Below are positions 18,360-37,299 of a stretch of 64,000 nucleotides of DNA, one piece after another. The DNA comes from the human T2T-CHM13v2.0 reference genome, Homo sapiens. The notes beneath the pieces are model-generated. The model was not told the DNA's origin. It worked only from the letters and a program-made list of their open reading frames with translations, and did not search any database. Each line of letters starts with the position of its first letter. The stretch's first letter is position 1. The stretch lies in the NCBI RefSeq assembly GCF_009914755.1, contig NC_060930.1. One strand, 5' to 3'. The position numbers and the translations under genes were made by a program.

Positions 18360-19144
18360 GGTAAAATATTAGATGACAACTGATATACAAACAACGTGCA
18401 AAAGCTATAACTTCTTTTGGAAGTGAGGGAGATAAATACAATCTTATGCCTGAGATCTCTGATGGTTTTCTCGAAGGCGTTGTCACTGACTGGGTTTTGT
18501 TTTTTGTTTTTGTTTTTATTTTTTTTTCACTAGAGGACAAGTTTCTACACCTCTAATCAGACTGGTCATACAAAAAAACCATTCCATTGTCAAAATGGAT
18601 GAAAGCAGATGGCTGAAGAATTTTGAGCTTTTTTTATTTATTGTCTCTGTTGTGCTGAACTAACCAAAGGGTAAAACATTCTCTGGGAATCTCTAGCTTC
18701 AAGCCTTGGTTGCCCTTGCATGCACCTTTGAAAATGCTCCACTAACAGAAACTCCTAACTGATGGAGCCAAGTTCCAGATCTGTGGTTTAAGATTTGCTT
18801 CAGGGATCAGGTTGCTCAAACTTCCTACAGCTCTTAGGAGCTCAGAGTATGAAATTCATCTTTCAACTCACCCAGAACTAATGTATTTGCCCCATATTTT
18901 CTGAACAATGGCTTTATCTTGGAGTATACCATATTTGAGACTTCTTGATTATAAAATTAGAAATTATTTATGTAAATAAAAACTCAATTTTTCTGAACAA
19001 TTTATGAAAGCCCATTTGAAATACAACATAACCTAATGCAATTTACATAAGACCTAAAAAGGTCTACTCTAATTTCCAGGATATAAGAGGAAATAACAGT
19101 CCAAAATAGAGATGGGTTTGCACTTGCATTCCTGTTTCAAAACC

Positions 19145-19720
19145 TAGCAAATGCTTATAAAGCACTGCCTTGTGGCCAGCACTCCTCTATGAGCTGGACA
19201 TATATTAATTCATTTAATTTTTTTCTTTTCTTTTTTTTTTTTTTTGAGACGGGGTTTCACTCTTGTTGCCCAGGCTGGAGTACAGTGGCACGATCTTGGA
19301 TCACTACAACATTTGCCTCCAGGGTTCAAGTGATTCTCCTACCTCAGCCTCCCAAGTAGCTGGGATTACAGGCACCCGCCACCAGCCCCCGGGTAATTTT
19401 TTGTATTTTTAGTAGAGACGGGGTTTCACCATGTTGGCCAGGCTGGTCTCAAACTCCCGATCTCAGGTGATTCATTGCCTCGGCCTCCCAAAGTGCTGGG
19501 ATTACAGGTGTGAGCCACCGTGCTGGCCAATTCATTTAATTCTTAAACAGGCATATGAAGCAGATGCTATTGTTTTACTCTTTTTCAAGATTAAAAAAAA
19601 AAAAAAACTGAGGTATAGACAGAGGAATTAAATTGGTCAGATTCACACAGTTGCTGAGTGGCAAAGCTGGGACTGGAATCCAGGCAGCATGGTTCCAAAG
19701 CCTGCACTCACACAACTCTG
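19145..19720 (-). mobile_element. MIR split by an Alu
   Basis: agcactgccttgtggccagcact...aattcatttaatt[Alu]...aaactgaggtatagacagagg...gagtggcaaagctgggactggaatccaggcag. Confidence 0.75.
19220..19528 (-). mobile_element. AluSq/Sp-like, full length
   Basis: tttcactcttgttgcccagg diagnostic; TSD AATTCATTTAATT at 19207-19219 and 19529-19541. Confidence 0.95.
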
Positions 19721-20009
19721 TAGATTTGTATATTTGCATTATTTAGTTGTTTCCAGTGTGCCCTGTGACAGCAAGAAATAAAGGATCAGAACTTAAATTA
19801 TGGAGGTGATTTTTATTCATTAATCTGTTCCTTCATTCATTTTTTGGTAGAAGTCCTTGAACCAAAAAACCAAAGTTAAGATCTTGTAAAAAGATTTATT
19901 TTCTTAGCTCCTTATTTTAGTACATCCAGGGAACTGTGGAAAGCAAAATGATAAACGATAACTTGAAACTATGTAATATCTAATAATATAAAACTGACAG
20001 GACTTGAAG

Positions 20010-20200
20010 CTATATGGTGCAGAGATTAAGAACATAACTTTGGAACCAGTCAGGCCTTCAGACAAGTTACTTAACCTCTCTGGGCACTAATTTTCTCAAA
20101 CTATAAAATAGGGAAAATAACAGTTTTCACCACATAAAATTCATTCAAAGAGGAAATTAAATAGTACGTATGTAGCAAGTATGAATCTCTGGTAGGCAGG
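20010..20200 (+). mobile_element. MIR
   Basis: acaagttacttaacctctctgggcactaattttctcaaactataaaataggg. Confidence 0.75.
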
Positions 20201-21586
20201 GCCTATATTCTTCACTTTCTACAGAACAACTTAATTTCTTCTTTTAACTTTTATTCTCTTGACTGGTGGCAAATTTAACCTTAGTCATTAGGGGAAGTAC
20301 TCTCTTCCCTATAGTCTTGTCATGGTTCCATTAGGTTACGTAGTTCCAAGGCATTTTGAGAGCAGTGGATGTTCCTCCAATTATATTTATCATTGGATAA
20401 TTTAAATTTTCTCAGTCTTCCATAAAGTGCTTTGTAAATCCAGATGAAAGCACAGCCTCTCATCCAAGCTGGGTTTCCTGAGCCCATCTATATAAATGTT
20501 GCATGGAGGTGGTTACTGAGGAGGGGTTTACCTCAGTACACCACTGAGGCATCCATCATTCCTGTCTGTCTGCTTCTTCTGGTCTACTGGCCTTTTGTTG
20601 ATTCTGTACCATATGTGGCACTCTCTACTTAAAAGCCCTTCTCAGCCATTTTCTGTCTCAAATTGGAATAAAATTGATGGAATAAAATTGGAGGTTTATA
20701 TGGTGGGGAAAGAATACAAGTACATGTGAGTAAACAGAAAGCAGAGAGGGGTACAGAAACCATGAGGATGAGGGGCCTGGCATCTCATTGTTTGGGTGTG
20801 GTGGTCTGGTGAGTTTCAGTCCCTTGATACTATCTGGGAGGGCTGAGAGTTGATTTCCTGAGGAAAGAACCCAAATTAGGCAAATGTAAGCTTGAAGCTT
20901 TCGAGAAAGTCAGTTTCTATGTTTATTTAAAAAGACTATTACCATCAGTTCTATGGGCCAGTTTCAAAATATGATACCAAAAAACATTACTCAAGGATTT
21001 GGTATAAATAGGTTAGTATTCAGTAAGTGCTTGCTTTCATTACTACTAGTCTTGCTGTCATTGTTATTATTGATAATAGGTGAAGAACACAGGGAAAAAC
21101 AGAACCACCACAGGCCAGAAGACAGAAGAAAAACCTATACCTTTAAAACTAAGCCCAAGGCAGAGTGGGTCCACTTTCTGTCTCTGAAGGCTACTGATGC
21201 CTAGATGACTATTATGGTGGTTCTTGGCTATCTACACCCGTGCTGCAGGTGGGGTGATCTCCCTGGACACCTATTTTTTTCACCTTTCATCATTCTTCAA
21301 GCTTATATACAAAAATAGAGTGTTATGGGGCCATTCTGTGAATAAGACACTCTAATGCCAAGGGATTTCTGCTTTCTGACAAAGTATACATTAAACCAAA
21401 TAATGATTAATATTCTTTATTGATTCTAATTGATTATGACTTTGTTGAAGATAATGAACTCAATGATTAGTAATGATTACACAGCTAGTTAGAATTAGAA
21501 CTGCATCGATAAATCACTCTAATAACAAGCAAGTGCCTTCCATTATAACAATTTTATTATGTCCAAAAAATCATTTTCATAATGGA

Positions 21587-22210
21587 GATTCATTTAGGTC
21601 TTCAGCAATATATATTGAGCACCTATAAAATGTCAAGAACCATTCTATGGACTAAGTATATGTTTGTAAGCCATAGAGAAAAATCTCAGCCTTCAAGGAG
21701 CTTACATCCTAGTGGGGAAGATGAGAAATCAGTAAGATAAAAAAGTAGCATGCATAGTGTGTTAGAGGGTGTTAAATGCAAACGAGAAATAATAAAACAG
21801 AAATGGGAAGTTTGGAATGTGTGGTCAAGGTGAGATTGTAATTTTAGACAGAGTGACCAGGATAACTTTTGAGTAAATCACTGAAAGAAGTGAGAGAATA
21901 AACCACACAGGTGTCAGGGAAAAGAGATCTCCAGGCAGACAGGATGGAACATGTAAAAGCGCTGAGGCAGGAGAATGCCTGCTGTGTTCAAGAATCAGCA
22001 AGGAGACCTAGTGGAGGGAATTGCAGGAGAGGTACAGGAGAGAAGGGGGTGGTGAGACAAATCAGGAGACTGGGGCCATTTGCAGGAGGGGTTCCTTTTA
22101 CTCTGACATGGGAAGCCACTGGAGAACATTTAGCAGAGGGGTGACATGATTTTATTATATTTTAAGAGGATTACTCTGGCTTTTATCCTGTAAATAGATT
22201 GCAAGGGAAC
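21587..22210 (-). mobile_element. L2 3' region
   Basis: attcatt..caatatatattgagcacctat..; gccttcaaggagcttacatcctagtgggga; gggaagccactggag..agcagaggggtgacatgat..gaggattactctggct. Confidence 0.8.
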
Positions 22211-23002
22211 AAGGGCATGGAAAAGTCTCTAATATATGAGCTATTGTAGAGAAAATTTTGATATAGTTGAGACCCATTGAATTCTAATTCTATAAATTCT
22301 CCTTTTCCTGTGCTGCAGTCTGAGAATTTTGAGCAGTGAAATTCTAACTTCTACATTTGTACTTACATCCACTCAACACTCAATAATTGTGCTGAGAGTA
22401 ATATGTGTAAGATGCAGTTCTTGGCCCTGTGAGAAATACTGTGATGAACTAGAGAGGACTGCCCGCAAGAAATTCTCATTTCAGAAGCTGTGATATAACC
22501 TGTAAATGTTAGACTTCAAGAACATTTATAGAGATGGAAAAATAGCATAAAAGATTGGCTACAGTGATGTGGTTATTCAGGTCTCTGAGAAAAACTCTGA
22601 GGCCAAAAATGTCATCTAAAAAGATTCCAGATAGGAGAAATAAACAGATAAGCTGTGATACAATCTCGTCTTGTTTTACTTTTCTTTCGTTCCTTGTTTT
22701 CATTTTTCTTTTTTACTCTCTTTCTTTTTACTATTATGCAAGAAAACTAAGCATGTTGACATCCATTACTCACAGCCTTAACTGATCACTTTGCCAAATC
22801 TCTAAGTTTACAGATGACTACCTAGTTTCCATTTTGAATTATCAAGGAATTAACACTTCAACAATGTTAGTTGCACCTGATTTACATGTTTGAATCCCTC
22901 AGACCTCGAGGGAAGTATCTTAGTAACAACCTAGGTGACTGTCATAGTCATTGAGATGTAGTTGAACTGTAGCTGTTAAATGGAAAACATTCTACCACAT
23001 TA

Positions 23003-24260
<1,258 letters not shown>

Positions 24261-24269
24261 GGGACCTCA

Positions 24270-24610
24270 CATTGTGTATTGCTGTGGTTGGAAATGTGGA
24301 CTCTGGATCAAGTCTACCTGGGTTTGCCTTCTGGTCTCCATGACCTTGAGCAACTTAGTTAACCACTTGGTGCTTCAGTTTTCTCATCTGCATAAGGAGA
24401 ATAATAAGGAAAGCTCTTTAAGGGATATTACAAGTATTAAATTAATGAAGCATATAAAGTTCATGACAAATAGTAACCATTTAGTAAGTGTTGCTTGTTA
24501 TAATTAAAAACTTATTGGACTATCATAAACATTCTGTGAGGAAGATGCAGTGTTTACACTCATTTTATAGTTATAAATACTAAGGCTTCTAGGGTTTAAG
24601 TCACTATGAT
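24270..24610. mobile_element. MIR (+) followed by a MIR (-) fragment
   Basis: tgaccttgagcaacttagttaaccacttggtgcttcagttttctcatctgcataag; then cattttatagttataaatactaaggcttctagggtttaagtcac. Confidence 0.7.
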
Positions 24611-27600
24611 GGCTAAATACTATATTTCGTACATTTGCATATGAAGTACACATACAAGCAGTCATAAGACAGTGGGTAAAATAAGAGTTTATTATTTACT
24701 AATATCTATCAATGGATCTTGAATTTGATAGATTTATTAAAATCATGCAGTCATGAAGCTCTCATTCCCTTTAGATTTTTGCTACAAATTCAGAAGTTTA
24801 GAGTATAACTGAAGCAACCACAGGGCATCCGTAGAAAACGAGGTTTGAGACTATACAGCAGAAAAGTATAGACTATAAATGATAACTTTTGCTCATTGGC
24901 CTTGCTCTGCGGACACAAGCTTCAGTCTGCCTGACTCTGTACCTATATTTCTCCTGTCAACTGAAGAGATACTCTGTAGACTCTTAGTTTCCTAACATGG
25001 CCATGTTAATACATTTTACAAAGTTGCATATCTTGTCAGAAGAAAAAAATCATTACATAGTTAATTCCTAGTCTTCTGTCATACTAACAGGCCAGATAAG
25101 GTCTAAGGTCTAAGAACTTGTTTGTAAACCGTATCATCTATGCTACTATAAATGTTTGTTTGTTTGTTTAATTTAAACAGCACGTGACAACACCATCTGC
25201 CAGCTTAGCAAATGTCCTATGTCCCTCATGGTTCTTTTAAGACAGGTAGTTCTTTGTTACACTGTTACTCAGATATGCATAATATCACTTGGTTAAAAAA
25301 AGATTCAAATTTCAGAACCATCTGTGCTTTATCAAGCAATCTATATGGGTGAGTTTCTGATGTGCAAACTATGGAAAATGGCAATTTTGAAGCACCTATC
25401 AGATAAATTTTCAGGAATGTGATGAAGGAGCAGATAAAAATCTGTTTTCCTTGTAGGAAAAAGGAAATAGAATACCCTGTGGATAAGTCCTAACTACCTC
25501 TTAATAGGTGTTAGACTTCCCCAGCTCATATGGGTTTAAGGCATCACAATTCACAAAGTAAAAGTTTATTTTAATTTTCATAAGAACAATTTATGTGTGT
25601 AGCAGAGGGAATGAGAAGCTATTTAACATTGGAGAAGTGCATTAAAAATTATTCAATATTTATTTAGTAGTATTTTGTTTAAACTCTCCTTTTGGATCCT
25701 GAGTTCCATAGCTTCTAGTACGCAGATGCCTCACCTCAGCAACCACTCCTGTATTCACTCATCTCCTCTTGCCTCTGTCACTGCCCAGTCTGGGAGATCT
25801 CCTAAAACATTACCCGGATGGTATGGAAAACAATAAGCCATAGTTGGCAAATATATATTAAACTTTGAAAGGTTATTTTTTTCTTTATACAGTTCTAAAT
25901 TTTGGTTCGATTTTTCAGGGCAATCATAAGTTACATTCTAATTAAAAATAAGTCTAATATAGAAAAAATCTATAGTTGGTTATTTCAAATGGCCAATTGC
26001 TTCTGATGAAATTGCTCTATAAAATAGATATAAGACCTCCTGTATCACTAAATCTTAATTACATTGTGGAATGTGGAAACTAGCACTACTCAGTAGCTGT
26101 AGAAAAAGATTGGACCCCCAGTGGGGAAAGGATGCTGAATAGCAGCTACCATAGCCTTATCATTTTTGCATTTTTGTGATAAATTCTTGAGTAGGGCAGC
26201 ATCTAAGTATAGTTTTTAATTTTTAGTTGCTTTTTTAAAATCTATATCTCATTCAGTGTTACCTAATATTTAATAACAATAGTGTTTGAACTTGTCTGTG
26301 CCAGCTATATAAAATGGTGAATAAAACACCATTCCAATCTTTAATATGTTTAAAATCTAGGTATAAGTCATTTACAATTGATATCTCATAATTTTTATAA
26401 TATATGTGTTGATAGAAATCACTGCATAAATTTCACCATTTATGCAGACAGGTCCACATCCAAATTATATGGACATATAAGCTGTATGTATATTATATAG
26501 CTATATACGTGGATGTACACATGTAGATATAGAAATAGGAATAGATCTAGATATGTACATTTACATTTTCAGAAGTCATTGAGACCTATAGCATTTGTTT
26601 TTTTTCAAGTGACTTCATTCAAATATGTTAAATTAATAGAAAGATACATGCTTTCTTTATGTTAGTTAAACTTTACATCATGTCTATGTATTTATTAGGT
26701 TCATGTTTGCTATCCATGTCTATTTTTAACAACGGAAACAAACTTTGGAACAGTTTATAATTTAAAAATTACCCTACTCTTAGAAATATTAGAATATAGA
26801 AATATTATTTTTTATGCTTCATTTTTAATACTGTTGTATACCAAACTTGTTTAAATAAGTTCAATTCAGGACACATAGCACATACCATTGTTGTAAAATA
26901 TACCAATTTTAAAGTAAATACATACTTAGAATTTTTAAAATGGATACACTGAAACAAATAGCCTAAAATTGGCAATTTATTTTGTAATAAGATAACAGAA
27001 GGGAGTTTAGGCAATTTTATGTGCCTTTTATCAAAAAGCCCAGAGTTATTTTCCTACAGAAAAACCACCAGTGCAAGTAATTAGTAGATTGTGCTTTACT
27101 GACCAGGCTGCTTTCTAATTCTCACCATGATGCTACTCCATTCTCTACGCATTTACAGGGCTGTAATTACGTATGAGGCTTTAGACTTTGCCAGGCCAGC
27201 AAGGCAATCAGCCCCCTTGGAACAAGTTGAAATGGAAAGCGGCAAAACAGTATAACACCTGGGTGATGTCACACCAGCAAAACCCATGGACTTAGTGGAG
27301 CTCACCTGTAGCCAGGGGACTGGAGTCTGAGACTGACATTGTTTCCTTCAAACAGAAATGTGAAATGTCATTTTCAGTAAATCAAATAAACCCCATCAAG
27401 AAGAACTGAAAAATAAACAAAACCCAAAACTCCGAGATTAAAAAGACAAAGTAGGAGGCAATACCATTATTTCTAGACTTAGTTATGATTTTTATTCTGT
27501 CTACTTGATTGTTCACACCTGAAGCAAAATATATTTTGCATAACTTAATGTAATATTTTTTGAATCCATCATAACCTGTGACCCATAATACTCATGATGA

Positions 27601-27756
27601 TTCTTTATATAAAGAAGCATTCTAAGAATGTTTATTGACAAATAATTTCCTATAAGTTTTCTCTAAAATTTTTGGAGTATAATTTATCTGTTAGGTCAAA
27701 CTCTATATATGTGACTGAGATATGGCTGGCTTCTCACATTATTTAACCCATATTTA

Positions 27757-28027
27757 TCACTCTGCTGCCCAGACTGGAGTGCAGTGGCATGATCTTGGCT
27801 CACTTTAGCCTCGACTTCTTGAGCTCAACTGATCCTCCCACCTGAGCCTCCCAAGTAGCTGGGACTACAGGCACACACCACCACACCCGGCTAATTTTTT
27901 GCATTTTTGGTAGAGATGGGGTTTCGCCAGCTTGCCCAGGCTGGTCTTGAACTCCTGAGCTCTAGTGATTCACCCACCTCAGCCTCCCAAAGTGCTGGGA
28001 TTACAGGCATGAGCCACCATACCAGGA
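27757..28027 (-). mobile_element. AluJ lacking its tail
   Basis: agcctcgacttcttgagctcaactgatcctcccacc and ttgcccaggctggtcttgaactcctgagctc (J diagnostics); no polyT. Confidence 0.9.
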
Positions 28028-28762
28028 CTGATTTAATTGAACTTTTTGCCATGACATTTTACTACTTGGCTAGCCTCTCCCTAAGAAACGTAGCTGATTT
28101 GAAACAGAGGTAGAGACACCTTCAAGGTATTAAGACATTCATACAGACCTACATTACTGTAATGTTGCTTAGCATAGTGAGGTAACATAAAATTGGACAA
28201 GAGAGTATGGGCTTCAGTTGTCAGGTCTATTCAGATAAAGATATGGATGTGGATATAAACAGTGCATGGATATAGATATAAACATGTAGATATATAGATG
28301 CACATACACAATTCTTAGATTTAATGATCATATCTTTAAAATGCAAGGGAAAGGACTACCTAGTCATCCTTCTCAGGCTTTATCTTTCACTTCTGTGATT
28401 AGCAAACTTGAAGAATTAACGAAGTCCAATCTAGTGATAAAGAGATTCTATAAAGATAGAAAAGACATTTTAACATTCTTAGAAACTTTCAACTCTGGCA
28501 AAATAAAATGTTAAATCACAGGAAGCTTTGCCAACAAACTGTCTTTATGATATATTTTGAAAGGGTCAGAATGGCTGTCAGAACTCTGAAGAACAGTGCA
28601 GCTCTAGAACCTGTTACTCCTGCTGAGATTGTCAAGCAAGGACAAATGGATGTACAGGATCCTGATTATTTATCTATGACAAGAAAATTGCTTGATTACT
28701 TTCAGAAAGTTAACACCGTTTTCATGAAAGATATCAAAAATGCTAATTGCTACCACTCTTTA

Positions 28763-28984
<222 letters not shown>

Positions 28985-30239
28985 TTATGGTCTACAGAAT
29001 CACTTGAATGCTCTAGATAATGGTATAATACAGTGGATATATTAAAATTTTTACACAGAATTTTAAGAAATGTGTTGCTTATCACAATAAAGATACAATA
29101 AACTTCTCTTTAGACATTGGGACTAATAGTCAGTCAGTTGATCCAAAATATTTTTAAAGCAGTGATAGATACATATCTGACATATGTTACTTTAATTCAA
29201 ATTATAAAATACTCTTGATATAGAATTAAGGACTCATTTGTGTATGGGATAACTGGTTGGAGCTTTACTATATTTGGCATGAAAAATATCTTTAATTTAT
29301 TGTCTATGAATTTTTATGTGTTGATTTCTTCACAGTGGAATAAGAACTTTAAAAAGACTTGTAAAATAATTTGGGAAGAGAATCCTTTTATATCTTAATT
29401 ATTGTTTTTCCACTCATCCTTTAGAAACTCATGTTATGCCTTTATGTAGTCTTTTTAATATGCTTAAACTTCATTTTCATTTTTTAAAACCTTATTTTTC
29501 CACTCATAAGTCTATCGTGTATGTAATAATTAAATCATGTAATAACAAGTAAAATTGATATACTTGCATTTGTGTTTACAACAAGCATCGTGTAAACATA
29601 CAATTCTAGTGATGAGAGCCAACACATGCAAGCACAACTTACTGTAGGTGTGCATGAAATTCAACTGATCAGAGCAGAAGTATGTGTAAGGACTCTGGGA
29701 AGCCCACTATCTGTAAGAACATCTCCTACATGATATTTAACTCAAGACATCAGTATAATATTCATATTTGTAAGTAGTTCTGTGCTTTAGAGAGTTCCTA
29801 AGCAAATTGGACCCCTTAAAGAAATTTAGCATTCTATTTTTTTCTCCCAATAGTAGTATCAGTTGCTTCAGAGACAATGTCTTAACTTTTTGCCATTGCC
29901 AATAGAAGGAAAGTCGTTAGGAGATAGAAGACTGACAGCACAGCAGCAATGGAATATCATGCTGAGCACTATGTGAAGTAGAAAAAAAACTCTATTACTT
30001 ACATATTTTTATTAGCTGGTATTTTGTGTTGTTTTATCACACATACCAATGAATGCACTGAAAAGAAATGATATGATGAGTTCATGGAACTAGAAAAATC
30101 ATACTTCAAAGCAAAATATAATGAAATATAAACATATATACACATTTGTATATATTATAACATATATATTTTATATATATACACATTTATTCTACATATT
30201 CAGTATTGTATGTGCATATAAATTTTAATACCACTGCTG

Positions 30240-30450
30240 AAGTGATATCATAATGTTCAAACTTTGGGCTCTAGACAAATCATCTTTACCAAATAACAGC
30301 CATGTAACCTTGGTCAAGTTAATCTTTCTCTCTGCCTCAGTTTTCTGATCTTAAAAATGGAGATAATATTTCCTAAGTTATACTGTTGCCTACTTCATTA
30401 AATAAGCTCATATGTATAAAATGCTTAGAGTAATGCTATTAATATTAATA
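30240..30450 (+). mobile_element. MIR
   Basis: gtaaccttggtcaagttaatctttctctctgcctcagttttctgatcttaaaaatggagataata. Confidence 0.8.
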
Positions 30451-30877
30451 GTAGTATGTAAAATATGTGCACAGATAGATAGAAGAAGCATGTATAAAAT
30501 TTAGCAGTTGAAATGCTTTGAATTTTCATGTTTAAGGTACCTTGACAGAACTTACCATTTTGTGCCTGTACCAGTTATCTAAGCTGCATTAATAGTCTGT
30601 GGTAGAACTTCTAAAACTGATAGAAAATATCATGTCTTATTACACTTACCCATGGAAAGCCACAGTCACCTCTGTCAACAGGAAAACAAATATTATGACT
30701 ACTTCTTTTCAGAGCAGCATCTCCGTATCTGTGTTGAATTCAATACTAGGGTTACTTCAAAGGGCACAGGAGACATGGTATTTACCATACCAGAAATAGC
30801 ATACCTCATGACAAATTCTAAAACGTCCCTGCAGCCATCTGAAATGATATTCTCTTGTAGTTCTGGTGGCAATTTCT

Positions 30878-31217
30878 TTTTCTTTTCTTTCTTTCTTTCT
30901 TTCTTTTTTTTTTCTTTTTCTTTTTTTTTTTCTGGAGACATAGTTTCACTCTTGTCACCTAGGCTGTGGTGCAATGGTGCGAACTCGGCTCACTGAAACC
31001 TCCGCCTCCCGAGTTCAAGCGATTCTCCTGCCTCAGCCTCCTAAGTAGCTTGGATTACAGGTGCCTGCCACCACATTTGGCTAATTTTTATATTTTTAGT
31101 AGAGATAGGGTTTCACCATGTTGGCCAGGCTGGTCTCAAGCTCCTGACCTCAGGTGATCCAACGGCCTCGGCCTCCCAAAGTGCTGGAATTACAGGTGTG
31201 AGCCACCACATAGGGCC
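30878..31217 (-). mobile_element. AluS (Sq/Sx-like) with long TTTC-rich tail
   Basis: Two arms; TSD-like TCT(G/A)GT(G/T)GCAATTTCT at 30862-30877 and 31218-31233. Confidence 0.93.
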
Positions 31218-32373
31218 TCTAGTTGCAATTTCTGAGATACTGACTCCCACAGAGACTGCCAGTACATGGTAGCGATCTCAATAACAGTTCTGCTTTCATT
31301 TCATCTCTTGATTGGCCTTTAGCAGTCAGAGTAAGTGAGGCTGTCATTTCATCTCCCATCCTTATGAAATTGAATTTTACGAAAGAGACGTCACCTAGAG
31401 TTTGAGAGGTTTGATTGACAATCTCCATATAGCTGCCTTGCTCTAGTCAGAGACACTGTCCTGAAACCTCTGCTGATGCTTTCACTTGAGGAAGGAAAGA
31501 GCAGATGGGAGGGAAGGGAGACAGAGGAGACACCAGCATGCAGGTCACTGTGACATCTCCTTCTCCTGATGACAACAGCTCACACGCTTCCACCTGCAAT
31601 CCTATTAAATATAGTACTTGCTTGACAGGAAACAGCTGATGATGGTAATGACATTGTTAAGTCACTGCCTCAAATGGGTGGAGGGCAGCTAAAACGGAGA
31701 GGGCAGAACTATTGGAGGGCCATTTTACCTTGTTTTGGATTCATAAAATAAAAATGCAAATGAAACACACAAATATTTATCAAGACCCAAACAGAAAGCT
31801 GTCTATACATTGTTTCTCTGATAATGATATATGAGGCATATTTTTGGAAACTTTATCAGCTTTTCAGAAAAAAAAAATCTGTATTTTTACCTAGTTGACA
31901 AATTTCAAATTCTCCAGAGGGCAGCTTTAATATGTTTAATATGATTCTGCTGTTAAAAAATAGCAATCGAGTTTTTTCTAGAGAAAGTCATTTGCTATGA
32001 GAAAGCAATACCATATGATACATGAACATAAGAACATTGCAAGCTATTTTTATTTGGCTTTTACTGAGCTCTCAATGAATACAAAATCAGTACTGAACAA
32101 ATAGATGCTGCTGATGATAAACCTAGCAACTTATTCTACTCAATTTCTAAAGTTCCTGTTAATATATAGGCAACCCATCATCCCTCATCTGCTTTTCCAT
32201 GTATTGGTAATGTTAGCCACTTATTGATGTTTTTGTTTGTGTATACTTGCTAAATTAACAGTAAGAGATATGGGAATAGATTGGAACATATAGATCCATG
32301 GAAAGACTGTCATTTGAACAGCTACACCTGGGCCTTCTTGGGTGTTTTGAAAATTTCTGCCCTAAAATCCATT

Positions 32374-34983
<2,610 letters not shown>

Positions 34984-37299
34984 CCATTTCAGATATTAGC
35001 ATATATCATAGTGTAAAACTAATTCTGTCAGATGACATGAATATGTCTGATTCATCTCATCATTGATTTGGGTTTCCACACCTCACTAGAACTAAAACAG
35101 TGTATCACATTGCTCAATACCTATGATACTCTATAACTGCTTGTAGAAGTGTGTGATTTAAAAGCCCATGGCCATTCCTCTTCCAAACATTAGGTATTTT
35201 TTTCTGTGTTATGAATATGTAACCAATTTGTGTGTTAGCTTGACCTTGTATCAGTTGAGACTCCTTTGTGAAGATATTGGAAATTCAAGGTTAAATGGAC
35301 GCATTATATTTTCCAACTGTTACCTGTCATGTACTTTGAGTGAATCATGAAAACTACCTAGAACAGCTGTCATTTTGATATGTTCTGGTTCTTCTGAGAA
35401 GTTAGATTTCCACTGAGTAAAATTATAGGCTCTGTGGAGAAATCAAAACAGTGCTCCATCTACCAGGAAGGCCTGCACTGTGATCTTTTCAGCTCATTTC
35501 ACATGAGTATAGGGAGACTTTAAACTTAATAAATGAGAATCAGACTACAAAGGTATAAAATTATTTTATAGTACAACTCCAGATAAATGTCATTTTTGTG
35601 CCTCTGCAGTATTATTATTCTATTAACTGCATTGATAGTAGAAACTTTCAGTTCATGTTTTTATCAGAAATGTTCTGTTCTTACTGTGAACTAGTCTGTA
35701 CTGTGAATTGCATAATTTGTAGTAATAGAGTAATAGTAATAATCATGGTTATTTTATAAGGTCATCATAGTGATTATAGGAATTTGCAAACCATGGAGTT
35801 ATATGTAAAAATAGTTATTAGTGTGTCTTTTCAAACTTTTATTTCATCTCAAGAACAAAGAACCTATTATATTTACTGGCTTATTGAATTAGCAAAGTAT
35901 TTGGTAGTAAAGCAGAAGCCCTAAAAATTGTGAAAACAATACCATAAGGTTCCCCTGTGTTCAGTTGCTAATGATATGTGGTTGAAGTCATGGCCATGGA
36001 AGTTAAAATAACAGCTCTGGAGTTATGATCTTGGACATGTTATGTATTCTCTCTCATCATCAATGTGATTCCCTCATCTGTGCAATAAAGATAATGGTAG
36101 ATAATCCTTGTAAACGCATGATTTAAAAGTAAGCATTAACTTAAAAACATATTATTTATTGTAGTGTACAGAATATAATAACTACTCAATATATATTAAT
36201 AATTATTATCACAGAATGCGGACACACTATTCAAAAAAAAGGTGGGAGATTTGTGTTATGATAAAAAAATTAAGCTAAAAATCTAAACACTAAAAAAACC
36301 CTATTACTGAAAATCAAGTAACTCTTTGCGATTAGGCATACACACACACTCACATACACATTTATAAAACTTGGCATGTGGACACACACAACAAGGATCA
36401 GGAATTCACATGACTTGTTAAGCTCAATTAAACAAAAAACAAACAATATTTTTGTGCTCTAGAGTTAACTTTGTGTTACTTTTTAGAAGAATTTTCTGTT
36501 TTTTAAACCTCATATAATATGCTAGTCATCAGCTTGTCTTTTGATAGCATGAGTATTAACTATGAAATGGTTATAAATTGCTATGCAGAATGAACAGCTG
36601 TGAGAAATAATAAATGATTCTGTTATCACAACTAGAGTATTAGATGGCATATTTAGAATTATATATAAATGGGATTATTATACAAAATAGTGGAAAAGTC
36701 TTAAAATTAACTATTTGACTTCTATGGGGGCTTTTACATAAACTTACTGATTTAACTTCAGAAAAATGTGACTCTGTGTTTCAAAAAGGTATATTAAGAA
36801 ATGCCATGTATGATATTTCAGTAATACAAATTATGAGAAAATGCACTTCTTGTCTCTATTTGGTTTCTTTGAACTTATGCCAAATCTTCTCCAATATTTT
36901 CTTGGAAAGCTTTATTGTGATGAACTATGTGGAGACAGTTTTAAAAATAAATGTTGATTTTCATCATATGTGAAAGGTGGAAAGAGAGGAGGTGGAAACA
37001 GAGGAATTATAATGTTTGAAGCCTATTCTTTTACCATAGTACCACAACAGATTTAATATATGGGGTGTTAAATCAGGCAGGAAAACATTTCTCAAGAAAG
37101 ACCCCCTCCAAATACTTGAGGTTATTTAGGAATATTTGTCATGGTATTATTTGCATTTGTAACCAATAGAATAAGAAACATTTGAACATCTCTAACTGAA
37201 ATAGTCTGGCAAGAACACAAATATAGAATGATAATGCACTAAAACATGATTTCAAATTTGTATTGAAATATAAAATAATTAATAATAGCATCCATTTTA

